Below are positions 1-10,299 of a stretch of DNA of 64,000 nt, piece by piece. The notes beneath the pieces were generated by a model. It ran no database searches. It was not told the origin of the DNA and saw only the letters and a list, made by a program, of their open reading frames with translations. How positions within the stretch are numbered: the stretch's first letter is position 1; each line of letters begins with the position of its first letter. The translations under genes were made by a program, and so were the position numbers. The DNA comes from Mobula hypostoma (lineage: Eukaryota). The DNA is taken from contig NC_086100.1 in NCBI RefSeq assembly GCF_963921235.1, positions 74,152,001-74,216,000 on the forward strand, in the 5' to 3' direction.

Positions 1-1511
1 TTCCCTGTTTTCCCGTGTCCCTCGGCCTTTGTGATTAAAGGCAATTTACTCTCGGCTGAACCGGTAGCTTATAGTCTCCAGCTTTCAGCTGTTCGGCACG
101 GGAGCGTTTGCAAAGTCACTAAAGGTACGGCGTGCCAATGTCATCTGGCCAGAGCAAGCCGAGTCTCTGCCCGAAGCGAGTGCCGGTAATTCGTCTTTCC
201 TCACCGGAGCAACCCTGTCAAGTTACCAAGTTGCCTGCAAAGTTTCCTCACCGAGGGAGGTCCCTCAGTTAACCCACCGGAGGGAATCAAGAACCGTTGT
301 CCACTGTTCCCAGGCCGAGTCGAGAGCTCGCCACTACCCGGAGGCTCCAAGTCAAGTCCTGGCCCTGGCGGCATCCATGTACCAAGTCAAGTCCCGTCCC
401 TGGCAGCATCCACGTACCGAGTCAAGTCCCAGTCCTGGCGGCATCTATGTACCGAGTCAAGCCCTGACACTGGTAGCATCCACGTTCCAAGTCAAGTCCC
501 GGTCCTGGCGATCTGTGATTCCTGTACTACCCCCCTGTCTGAATCCCTTCTCTGCCCCTCTCGCCTCTAGCCCTCGTCTGCAGCCCTCGCCTGCACCTCG
601 GTCTAGTTCTATCGCCGGAGCTAGATAAGTACTGTCTGGTGTTCATTCGTGTTGGTCTTGTCTTGTCCTTGCCTTCGTGGGGTAAGTCAGGCCCTCTTGC
701 CATTGCCTCGCAGGGGGTCATGTCTTGTGTCTTGTCCTCGCCTCTGTGAGGTAAGTCAGGCTGACTTGCCATTTCCCCACGGGGGGTTATGTCTTGTGGT
801 GTCTTGTCCTCGCCTCCGTGGGGGAAGTCAGGCTGACTTGCCGTTGCCCCGCGGGGGATCATGTCTTTTCTTGTCTTGTCCTCGCCTCCATGAGGTAAGT
901 CAGCCCGTCTTGCCGTTGCCCCGTGGGGGGGGGGTCATGTCTTGCCGTATCTTGTCCTCCCCTCCGTGGGGTAAGTCAGGCTGTCTTGCTGTCACCCCGC
1001 GGGGGGTCATGAGTCCCGGCCTTATGTCCTGTACCCAAGGAAGGGTCCCGGCTCTCTTTTCTGTGTGTGAGTCCCTGCCCTATGTCCTGTACCCAAGGTG
1101 GGGTCCCGACTCAGTGTTCTGTGTATGTGTCCATGGTTCCATGTACCTGCTCTCCTGAGACCGAGGCTCTGTTTTTCCATGTTCCTCCTCTCCCTAGCCC
1201 ATGTCATGTCCATGCCTGGTTCTGGGATCAAGTCCAAGACAAGACCCAGGTACTGGGTCCTTGCCCAGACCCTGGCTCAGAGTCCATACCGTAGCCTCTT
1301 CATGTCGCCTCTAGTTTTGGGATCCGATTCCGAGTCCTAGCCCAGACCCTTAATCCCAGCCTAGTGGTAGTCCTGAGTCCTTGTCCAGTTCACTATTCCT
1401 GCTCCTGCCTTGCTGTCCTGATATCCAACAATAAACTAAATTTAGTTAACCTCACAAGATGTGTCTTGCATTTGGGTCCACCCTTGCTCCCTATGCCTTC
1501 CCATTGTGACA
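1..1511 (+). mobile_element. Long LTR (Gypsy-type; 5' end lies just outside the window) with internal tandem repeats
   Basis: Ends ...gtgtcttgcatttgggtcc...cattgTGACA at 1511 with AATAAA near 1429. The terminus is homologous (reverse complement) to the solo LTR at 47652-48965. It is absent from the paralogous site near 53891. Confidence 0.8.
345..1130 (+). repeat. Tandem repeat arrays inside the LTR (about 35-bp unit x~5; about 65-70-bp unit x~5; about 58-bp unit x2)
   Basis: caagtcaagtcc...ctggcggcatcc repeats at about 345-510. tgtcttgtcctcgcctccgtggggtaagtcaggc...gggggtca repeats at about 655-1010. tatgtcctgtacccaagg occurs twice at about 1020-1130. Confidence 0.85.
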
Positions 1512-1712
1512 CTCTTAGCTTCTGATTTGGTAGCTGGAAGGACTACATCCACAATTGAACTTCTAACAGCTTTTTTTAGCCAAACAATTAACGCACTCAT
1601 TCCCCTCAGGACCACTAAGTATGGGAACCCATAATAGTAGATATGTAAAACAATATTTTAAATATGAAATAAAATTTGAAGAGCTTCAAGTAGTTAATCT
1701 GACCTTCTGCTA
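1512..1712 (-). mobile_element. I/Nimb-clade LINE RNase H remnant (copy 1, cut by the LTR at 1511)
   Basis: Paralogous to 53891-54090, whose minus strand reads LLWVPTLSGLEGNEYIDCLAK (RNase H WVPxHxGxxGNExxDxLAK motif). Confidence 0.65.
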
Positions 1713-1794
1713 GAATGACCTCAACACTTCTTCACAGTGAACAACATTTATCAGAAGCAGGATGAGAGATGTAGAGGGATTGGACTCACTACAT

Positions 1795-2343
1795 TGTCAG
1801 GAATTTGGGGTCCATCCACAGTCGGCCACTAGAAGCCCTCAGAAGGCTTCTGGTCTCAGAATATTCTAACCTTACTGGTTACCTGTATGGTAATTGAGTT
1901 CACCTCTGCTCAGTCACTCTCAGTGTTTAAACTGTGTGAATTATGCTGTTCTTTGTTCAGTCTTTGAGCCAACACTTGATACTGTGTCTCTTTGGTAATC
2001 GAATTGCTGTGTTCCTTTTGAGTGTCTTTTTGCCCTTGGCTTTTGCTTTTTTATTTTGGACTCATTTTATTTTAGAACTTAGGATTCAGTTTGTTATGTT
2101 TCTGGAATTATGCGGCGACTCATTTTTGACTTTTTTTTGTTATACTGAACTACTTCCTGGCCTTCTGATTCCAATTATTGCCTTTGTTTTGGAACTGTGC
2201 TGGAAATCAAACTATCCAGTAGTACCTGTCTGAATATTCATTCTGACCTCCTGCATGATCTCTGTACCTAGGTTCATTTCTCCCTCAGTCCCTGGGGTAC
2301 AGTGTTAGAGTTCTGCAGTGTCATCCTGGAGGCTGCGTTGAAG
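1795..2343. mobile_element. Old solo LTR shared by both duplicates (right end deleted in copy 1)
   Basis: Starts TGTCAGG at 1795. The paralogue at 54173-54728 is complete with a ccacat TSD. Confidence 0.6.
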
Positions 2344-3665
2344 CTTCATGGGATGATATGAGGACACACTGAGGAGGGTAATTATGTACTCTGTTGCATT
2401 TTAAAAAACAAGAGTTGTCCTCCATAGGAAATACAAATGTTTACATAGTTGTAATGATATTGTGTCATAATGATACAATATCGAGATGTATGAGAAAAGA
2501 AGTCCAGAACTTAGGGTCTTGATATCATAAAAGATGGATCACCTAAGACTAAAATGAGACGAAATCTCTACCTTCAGTAGGGCTGAACTTTGGAATTACC
2601 TATCTCAGTGGCTGTGGAATTCATTCACTGATTGCATTCAAACTAGAGATTGTCAAATGTCAAGATATCAAAGGAATAAAGGGATAGAGGTTTCAGGTGA
2701 AAAGATGGTTTTTGAGGGAGCAAATCAGCTCTGAAATGTTGAATGGCAGAGCATTCTCCGGGGGATGAATGATACACTCCTGCATCAATTTCTTAATCCT
2801 ACATAGCAGAGACCGGCTGTTTGTACAGCTACACCTTCACTTCAGTCATATATCTGTAGTAGATTAATGTGCCCATGATGGTATTGGTAGAGGGTACCAC
2901 TACACAGTTCTTATGGAGCTAAAGTGCTGTAACATTGTTGGGACACTCTCCATTGTGCTGGGTGGGAATGTAGTCATGATAAATGACTGGACGTCCATGA
3001 GCTGATCTGGACTATCAGCAAAAGAGGACATATGATCTCCATGGTCTGTCCTCTCTTGGCCTAACATATGCCACACTCTACCTCTATAATGAAGGTAGGA
3101 GAACAATGAAGATACACATGGAGTCAGCAGTGTCACAAGAACTCAATATTGAATAGATTGGAATTCTCTCTGGCTGGGATGAATATGAGTCACCCAATTG
3201 TCACTTGTGGGAAGAACTATCTTTGCAAAGTCCTTGAGAGCTTCACTGATTTCCTTGTGATTACATTTTTCTGTAGTAAATAGCAGAGTCCAACACTGAA
3301 CAGTTGGGCTCTGCTATTGCTGCCATAGATAATGACATAATCAATAGGTATCTGCGACTGTATTATGGATGCTGATGTGAGGTCTTGCATTTGCATCTGA
3401 CAGAATGGAAGTTGGAATATTTGTGCTCCAAGCATTTTGTCAGTAGGAAGGATCCACGGAGTTATCTTTTTATTCTCCCTCCCTGACAAGCAGCTCTAAC
3501 AGAAGGGCACATTTTTTTTTAAATCCTGCACAGCAGACGATGTTATCTCTCTTGGCCACAGTTATGTTTCTTTCCCAAGGTCAGAGTAGATCTTCTTAAC
3601 TTCATCCATAACATTGGGAAGTAGACATTGATACTAGTGGTTGCTAGTTCCATAACAGATTAAGC

Positions 3666-4041
3666 GTAAAGCAGTTGTGTGCTTACTGTTCTGGTTAACA
3701 ACAGATGGTGCAATCCGGGTCATATTACGATCGAGGAGCGTGTTTGTAGACCGGATATTGAAATTTTTACTGTTGGACTTCAGCCATATTCCACCAAGAT
3801 ACAACACTGGGTGGCACGGGAGGTCGTTCCTGCCTATGGCCATCGAACTTGCAGCTCCTCCCATGGAGGGTCAGACACGCTGAGCCAATAGACTGGTCCT
3901 GGACTTATTTTCCATCTGGCATAGTTGCATTGTTTGATTGTTGGTGGTTTTTGTATTGCTATATTTATGCTCTATTCTTGGTTGGTGCGGCTGTAACTAA
4001 AGCCAATTTCCCTCTGGATCAATAAAGTATATCTATCTATC
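3666..4041 (+). mobile_element. Internally deleted Rex1/Babar LINE (endonuclease fragment fused to 3' end), copy-1 specific
   Basis: VNNRWCNPGHITIEERVCRPDIEIF (APE endonuclease-like) is joined to PPRYNT...RSFLPMAIEL plus a 3' UTR homologous to about 60823-61130. It has AATAAA and a (ctat)n tail, taagc flanks on both sides, and an empty site in copy 2 at about 56003. Confidence 0.75.
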
Positions 4042-4507
4042 TAAGCCATAGGTTTGTGGAAGTCATTTGCCCTATGATCTCTGAGTTGCTGGAATACTTT
4101 TCTACAGAAAACCCATCCTGTGAAGATAGTATCTTCATGTTTGCCGCACCAGAATGTTTATAATTTCCATTTTGAACCACCCATCTGTTTCCAATTGTGT
4201 CTTAGTGGCAATGTTAGTGTCAAAGTGCCAGAATGCCCAGGCTATGAGGACAAGCAATGTTCGGATCTCTCACTTCTGGGACGGCCTTGAAAGGTCCATA
4301 GATCTGAGACTTCACTGTTAAATATTTCACCTTTTTACAGCATTTAACAGCAAAGTTGATGGCAATATCACTTGTGTCCTCCGCTATTCAGAGCTTAGTG
4401 TATTGGTCTTAAATATAGCACATTACCTGGTTACGGTGGTTTCTCAACTACCAATTTCTACTTTTTTTCCATTTCTAAATATATTTTTGCCTGATACTTA
4501 CTGTAAG

Positions 4508-4825
4508 AGTCACAGAAAGGTACAGTCTGTGAACAGGCCTTTGGCCCACCAAATCCACATTAACCATCAACCACCCTTTTAAAATAATCCTAATTAATCC
4601 TATTTATATAATTCACCCCACATTCTCATCTACCTTTTCCCTTCTCATCCCTGCAACAAACCCGCCCCCCAGACACTCTGGACTCTGCCAGTCATTTACA
4701 CACTATGGGAAATTCACCATATAACCTACTGATCTGCTTGCATTTGGGATATGGGGAGGAAAACAGAGCACCTGAGGTCAGGATTGAACTGAGGGCTCTG
4801 GGGAGCTGTGAGGCAGCAGCTTACT
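4508..4825 (-). mobile_element. Degenerate tRNA-derived SINE (HE1/V-SINE-like) with CR1-like tail; paralogue at about 56488-56810
   Basis: Minus strand gctgctgcctcacagctcc...gttcaatcctgacctcaggtgctctg (tRNA-like head, B box), with the ggcctgtt...ctgta CR1-type 3' end. Confidence 0.55.
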
Positions 4826-4992
4826 AGCCTTTAACAATGTTATCAAGAACAGATAATCTGTTTTTCATTGCACTTCCCTCGGTGAAAGCTAACAAGTTGC
4901 CTTTTTAATGATGAAGAAGATGACATAAGACAACACACATCAAAGTTGCTGGTGAACGCAGCGGGCCAGGCAGCATCTCTAGGAAGAGGTAC

Positions 4993-5028
4993 AGTCGACG
5001 TTTCAGGCCGAGACCCTTCGTCAGGAGT
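4993..5028 (-). ncRNA. Minimal type I hammerhead ribozyme in Penelope pLTR (core intact)
   Basis: Minus strand actc-CUGACGA-AGG gucucgg CCU-GAAA-CG-UC-gact. Canonical CUGAnGA/GAAA/UH core, stem II AGG/CCU, palindromic ACGU stem III, one mismatch in stem I. Confidence 0.75.
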
Positions 5029-5852
5029 AACTGAAGGAAGAGCTAGTAAGAGATTGGGGAGGGGGAGGGGGAGGGGGAGATCCAAAATGATCGGAGAAGA
5101 CAGGAGGGGGACGGATGGAGCCAAGAGCTGGACAGGTGATTGGCAAAAGGGATATGAGAGGATCATGGGACAGGAAGCCCAGGGAGAAGGAAAAGGGGGA
5201 GGGGGGGGGAAACCCAGAGGATGGGCAAGGGGTATAGTCAGGGTGACAGAGGGAGAAAAAGGAGAGAGAGAGAAAGAATGTGTGTATATAAATAAATAAC
5301 GGATGGGGTACGAGGGGGAGGTGGGGCATTAGCAGAAGTTAGAGAAATCAATGTTCATGCCATCAGGTTGGAGGCTACCCAGACGGAATATAAGGTCTTG
5401 TTCCTCCAACCTGAGTGTGGCTTTTGCCAATTCCTTTTTCTCCCTCTGTCCCTCTGACTATACCCCTTGCCCATCCTCTGGGTTCCCTCCCACCCCACTT
5501 TTCCTTCTCCCTGGGCCTCCTGTCCCATGATCCTCTCATATCCCTTTTACCAATGCCCCACCTCCCCCTCGTACCCCATCCATTATTTATTTATATACAC
5601 ACATTCTTTCTCTCACTCTCCTTTTTCTCCCTCTGTCCCTCTGACTATACCCATTGCCCATCCTCCGGGTTTTACCCCCACTCCTCCTTTTCCTTCTCCC
5701 TGGGCCTCCTGTCCCATGATCCTTTCATATCCCTTTTGCCAATCACTTGTCCAGCTCTTGGCTCCATCCCTCCCCCTCCTGTCTTCTCCTATCATTTTGG
5801 ATCCCCCCTCCCCCTCCCACTTTCAAATCTCTTACCAGCTCATCCTTCAGTT

Positions 5853-5888
5853 AGTCCTGACGAAGGGTCTCGGCCTGAAGCGTCGACT
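5853..5888 (+). ncRNA. Hammerhead ribozyme in the second pLTR, core mutated (GAAA to GAAG)
   Basis: agtc-CUGACGA-AGG gucucgg CCU-GAAG-CG-UC-gact. Perfect stem I (agtc/gact) but a substitution at the conserved A. Confidence 0.65.
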
Positions 5889-6133
5889 GTATCTCTTCCT
5901 AGAGATGCTGCCTGGCCTGATGCGTTCACCAACAACTTTGATGTGTGTTGTCTTGAATTTCCAGCATCTGCAGAATTCCTCGTGTTTGCGAAGATGACAT
6001 AAGCATGCCTTACTCACACTCATGTGGCTAGTATTTGCTGGAAACCCAGTACTGAGTATTGAATCTCATATTTCTCTCATCTTTTTTAGGACCATCTCAC
6101 ACTCGCATAAAGGAAATGGTTGCATGACACATC

Positions 6134-6182
6134 ATGGATCTCTCAGAGGCATTAATCATCAACATTTTCAAACTTGCTTCAG
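6134..6182 (+). CDS. IgSF receptor copy 1, leader exon (exon spans 6090-6182)
   Basis: ttttttag acceptor ending at 6089, atcATGg Kozak context, MDLSEALIINIFKLAS, phase-1 donor cag|gtaac. Splices in frame to VFHLTLVCRG to complete a signal peptide. Confidence 0.8.
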
Positions 6183-7012
6183 GTAACATGTACAACCTGA
6201 GGAATTCTTGAATCTTTAAGACACATCATGCATTATTCAAACACATTGAGAAAATGCTGACCTGACGATAATTCTGAATTTCATTTCTGTGACAATGTAC
6301 CCAACACCAGTGTCAGACAACACATGTGCTGGGTGTAAATGCCAAGCATCTCTCACTTTAACACACTGTAGCTGTGAAGAACTTTGCTGATCTTGTTTTA
6401 TTTTTCTCTCTCCCATTGGTTCTACTTGACTTCTGAACATTTCCAGTATTTCTATTTTATTTTATGGCATTCAGAAATGATGCTTAACCAATTTTTATTC
6501 AATAAGTTAGCTGTGCGCAGTTGACCTCAGTGACAAAATATGTTCTCTGCCCTTGTTCAGGTAGCTGGACACAATTTTTTCTATTCACTCACAGTAACCA
6601 CTGTTTCTTGCAGCAATATTTTTTCTCTGAGAATCTATCAAATTCACACACATGATCCTGTCACTGCCAAGAGTACAATTGGAGAAGAGGGTTGGAGCAG
6701 GGATTGTACTTCAACCAACCTTGTTGATCATTGTGCCAGTGGATCTTTGACCAGCAGGTGTCTTGTCCAGATTGAGGCTCATTTCTAGTGCCCAGCCTGG
6801 CATCAGGTGGAGCTCAGCCCAACATGCATGGGAAAATGGTCCATTGATGGCTGGCTCCAGGGTGTAGTGAATATAGCCCTTGAAATTCAGTACCACTTAC
6901 ACATTACTCCATGTACTATGGTGCTTCAAGGTAAACTGGTTGATCATGGTTTACCATCCTAGATTTTCAGTATCTACAGTACTTTACTTTTGAATTTAAG
7001 TTTATTTTCCAG

Positions 7013-7375
7013 TCTTCCATTTAACTTTGGTGTGCAGAGGGGCTCTGTATGCCAGACCTGGTACTCTCACTAATGCTGCTGCAGGACAAACCGTGATGTT
7101 CCCCATAGAGTACCAAAGCAATGAAGATCAGTACGATGTTACCTTTAGATTAACATTTCCACAGCTCTTTAAAATTTTAATATGGAAATCCAATAATCCA
7201 GACAATCTGCATAATGTACATCCAGAATATAAACACAGGGCTACAATCAAAAATGGATCGGTGGTGTTATATGATATACAAGTCACCGACAGTGGAGAGT
7301 ATCAAATACGAACTGACTGCTATGGGGTAGAACTGAAAAACCATGACCAAAGTACTTTCATGGTTCAAGTCTTTG
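7013..7375 (+). CDS. IgSF receptor copy 1, N-terminal V-set exon (CD2/SLAM/HEPACAM-like, no canonical disulfide)
   Basis: ttttccag| and |gtaag splice sites, 363 nt, phase 1-1. Motifs GQTVMFP, ILIWK, YKHRATIKNGSVVLYDIQVTDSGEY. Confidence 0.9.
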
Positions 7376-9077
7376 GTAAGTATTGATTTTTTTGTACTTT
7401 TTATAGTCCCAGCATCTTTAGGAAGTTAAGTATTTTCAAGTTCCAGTCCTTGGTTGAGGTTAACTATATGAAGAACAGAAGTGAGCTGTGTGATGGACCA
7501 TGACAGCAAGAAAGCATTTCACTAAATGTGACCTTAAAGAGTCTGAATGATATCAAAGTCGATGGCTGTCAATGGAGAAATTCTCCCAATGACTGGGGTC
7601 ATTTTAGATTTTGGTGGTCCATCATTTAGTCCTAGAAAATCACTGCATCAATTCCTCAGACCGTGTCCTACGCCCAGCTACCTACCCTCAATCGAGTCAG
7701 AAATGCGGAGGTTTACAGCTCATTGAGTAATATTAAATTCGATACTGAACTTCTGAGAGAACGTTGCAATCTTTGCTTTCAGGGTGCACGGTGCAGTGAG
7801 ATGTTACTCACTCAGGCTACTGTGATTGCATGTGAAACCACAATCTGTACCACAAGAAGGGCAAAGGCAGCAGAGACGTAGAATGGTCACTGCCTACAGG
7901 TTCCCTTTCAGTGAACACAGCTGCCTGATCTAGAAATGTATCACAAGTCCTTCACTGTTCCTGGGACGAAAGCCTGGAGCTCTAAATGTGTCAGTGCTCT
8001 GAAAGTATCTTTGCCACAGGTAGCTCGCCACCAACTTTGATGGCCTTTAGGGATGGGCAGTAAATCATATACATTAAAAAATTCTATTCCATTAATTTAA
8101 AGTTTCTACCTGAAGTTAAAAATGTATCAATGTTTCAGTGGATCCATTTTGGATCAATTTCTCACAAAGAATGAATTTGAAAGGACTACTTTAGTTTAAT
8201 CAGTTGTCCCTATGCATTCACTGACAAGCAGGTTTCTGTAAAGACAAGTTTAGCAAAGTTTCCATTCAGTCATTCAAAAGCAGCAAATGTTGAGACTGTT
8301 ATCAAGCAAGCCTACATTTTCTCACGTAATGCAGTAAGTTTATAAGGTAGTGTGTTGAAACTGTACCAAAGCTAAATGAAAGAAATGAACCTCTTTATCC
8401 CTTGTTTAACAATTAGTCATTGTGAAATCATTTCTGGTACCACTTCTACTTTGATAAAGGCTTCGTTGCTCTCATGACAGAAAGCAAAGCATGTGTCTAC
8501 TTAAGAAGTATTAATACAGCATTTCAGTCATAGAAAGATAAATACTATGCTGTTCATACATTACGAGCCAACAGAGATATACCTAACAGGTAGTACAGAG
8601 CCGAAATTTAGACATCCCTTCAACATTGCACTGACAGGTTTCTTTATGAAATAGGCAATCCAAAAAATCAAAATACTGTGTTGTGGTATCAAATTTTGCA
8701 CCTCCAGTCTTCTGTGGCCAGTGAGGACGTAAAGATCATTGTCAAAGTGCAGCAAACTTTTCCCTTGTTTCCTGCAGTAACCTGGGGTGTATCCTGTCTG
8801 GTGCTGGGGACCTCTAACCAAATGTTTTTCAAAAGTTCTTTCTTTCTTTCATCCTCTTTCTTAACATTAAATTATTCCAGCATATCAACCCATTTAACAT
8901 TGTCCTTGTTGTATGTTCTATTCTGTATTGTAAGCTCTGAGGTTAATAGCTTTATAACACAAAACCTAAAAGAAAAACATGCAGTTGTGTAGGTAATGTA
9001 TGAAAATGGTCAAGAAAATAATCACATCAAATAGTTACAATTGCATTTAAAAATCCTCTTACATTATTGTATTTCAG

Positions 9078-9359
9078 AACCAGTTTCTCAACCTGTAGCA
9101 AAGACCTTAAGTCATGGTCAGAATACAGCAAATATCACTTTGAATTGCTCCGTCTCCAATGGAAATGCAGTCATGATTTACTGGGAAAAAATATCCTTAT
9201 CTGGAGTCATCATCGAGACGTATATGACCACAATTCTTGTGATAGACTGTACTACTGAAGATGAACAACATGAGTACAGGTGCATTGCAAAAAATCCCAT
9301 CAGTAATGCATCCAGCAGTGAGATATCTATCAACTCGTGTAACACCAGAAATCTGAACG
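9078..9359 (+). CDS. IgSF receptor copy 1, C2-set exon
   Basis: atttcag| and |gtgag splice sites, 282 nt, phase 1-1. EPVSQP...NITLNCSVSNG...YW...YRCIAKNPIS, typical of CD2/SLAM/HEPACAM second domains. Confidence 0.9.
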
Positions 9360-9481
9360 GTGAGAAATTGGACATTGATCTTTTACATAATGTTGTCCCT
9401 GCAGTTGATACCAAGGATGTGAACTTTTACTACTAGATAAGAAATATGTAATGATCTTTTTGAGCAATTAAAGCAATATTA

Positions 9482-9750
9482 AGCAGTTAGTGCATCACCT
9501 TACAGTGCTGATTGTGTTTCAATTCTCACCCGTCTATAAGGAGTTAGTACATTCTTCCCGTGACCGTGTGGGTTTCCTTAGTGCTCCGGTTTCCTCCCGC
9601 ATTCCAAAGATGTACATTTATGGATTGTGAGTTGTGGACTTGATACATTGACACTTGTGGGCTGCCCAGCACAATCTTCGCAGATTTGATTTGGCCCAGA
9701 CGACACATCTCACTACGTTTCAGTGTACATATGAGAAATTAAACTAATTC
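9482..9750 (+). mobile_element. tRNA-derived V-SINE (HE1-like)
   Basis: Degenerate tRNA head followed by the V-domain signature gtgggtttcc...tgctccggtttcctccc.cattccaaaga. Confidence 0.7.
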
Positions 9751-9814
9751 TTAAGATCTTTATTTAGACTATTCGACAGATTTTAACCATAAATTAGGAA
9801 AGAGAGTTACTGAT

Positions 9815-9987
9815 AATGAAATCAGAAACTGCAGATGCAGGAAATGTAAAATAAAATTAGAAAATGCAGGAAATACTCAGCAGGTCAGGCAGCACCTGTG
9901 GTTAGACATACAGAGTTAACATTAGAGCTCTGATGAATTCTGCTCAGAAAAAATCGTTAATTCTGTCACTTCCCACATATGCTGCCT
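9815..9987. mobile_element. Old Penelope-derived palindromic remnant
   Basis: aactgcagatgcaggaaat...ctcagcaggtcaggcagca (pLTR end). Internal inverted repeat ggcagca..tgtgg..acagagttaac / gttaattctgt..ccacatatgctgcc surrounds a ctgatgaa remnant. Confidence 0.55.
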
Positions 9988-10214
9988 AAAATACAGTTAA
10001 TGCTTATTGGTGCAGTGTGCTTTTAAGATATGGAACCATAGATTAAAGGAAAATCAAAATCTAAAACAATTTTTAAAATGTAAGCCATTGGAAAAACTAA
10101 TCGTTTAATAAGAGCTGGAGAACAGCCATATTATTGAACTAAATGTGTGGTACACTTGATCATAAGAAGCTAAGTGGTCCATTTATCTCATTAATTTCTA
10201 TAAACTATTTTCAG

Positions 10215-10299
10215 ATAAAAGGAATTATCTTATGATCCTGATTCCTTTGGTGATGATGGCAATTTCATTGTTTGCATTTGCAAAATACATCTCTAATTG
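10215..10299 (+). CDS. IgSF receptor copy 1, transmembrane exon
   Basis: ttttcag| acceptor, phase 1. Reads DKRN-YLMILIPLVMMAISLFAFA-KYISN, then tg|gtaag. Read-through gives W then TAA at 10301-10303. Confidence 0.8.

Larger units (their letters stand above)
4930..5989. mobile_element. Penelope-like element, inverted pLTR arrangement, copy-1 specific
   Basis: 14-bp TSD gaagatgacataag (4916-4929 and 5990-6003). Arms at about 4930-5329 and 5552-5954 are reverse complements. Minus 5329-5418 encodes LRLEEQDLIFRLGSLQPDGMNIDFSNFC* (Penelope GIY-YIG C-terminus). Copy 2 has the empty site at about 56900. Confidence 0.88.
1512..8690 (+). repeat. Segmental duplication, copy 1 (paralogous to about 53891-60178)
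   Basis: Colinear similarity of roughly 85-92% by eye through non-coding DNA, shared old repeats, leader exon and V exon. Differences include copy-specific TE insertions. Confidence 0.95.

Noticed and set aside
345-1130. Regularly spaced repeats resembling a CRISPR array, and the Cys/Pro-rich ORFs over them
   Set aside because: The units are tandem with no unique spacers, lie inside a eukaryotic LTR and have no cas genes nearby. The ORFs are repeat artefacts.
4843-6002. Several 100-195-aa ORFs on both strands
   Set aside because: They are low-complexity purine/pyrimidine-biased pLTR sequence of the Penelope element, mirrored by the inversion.
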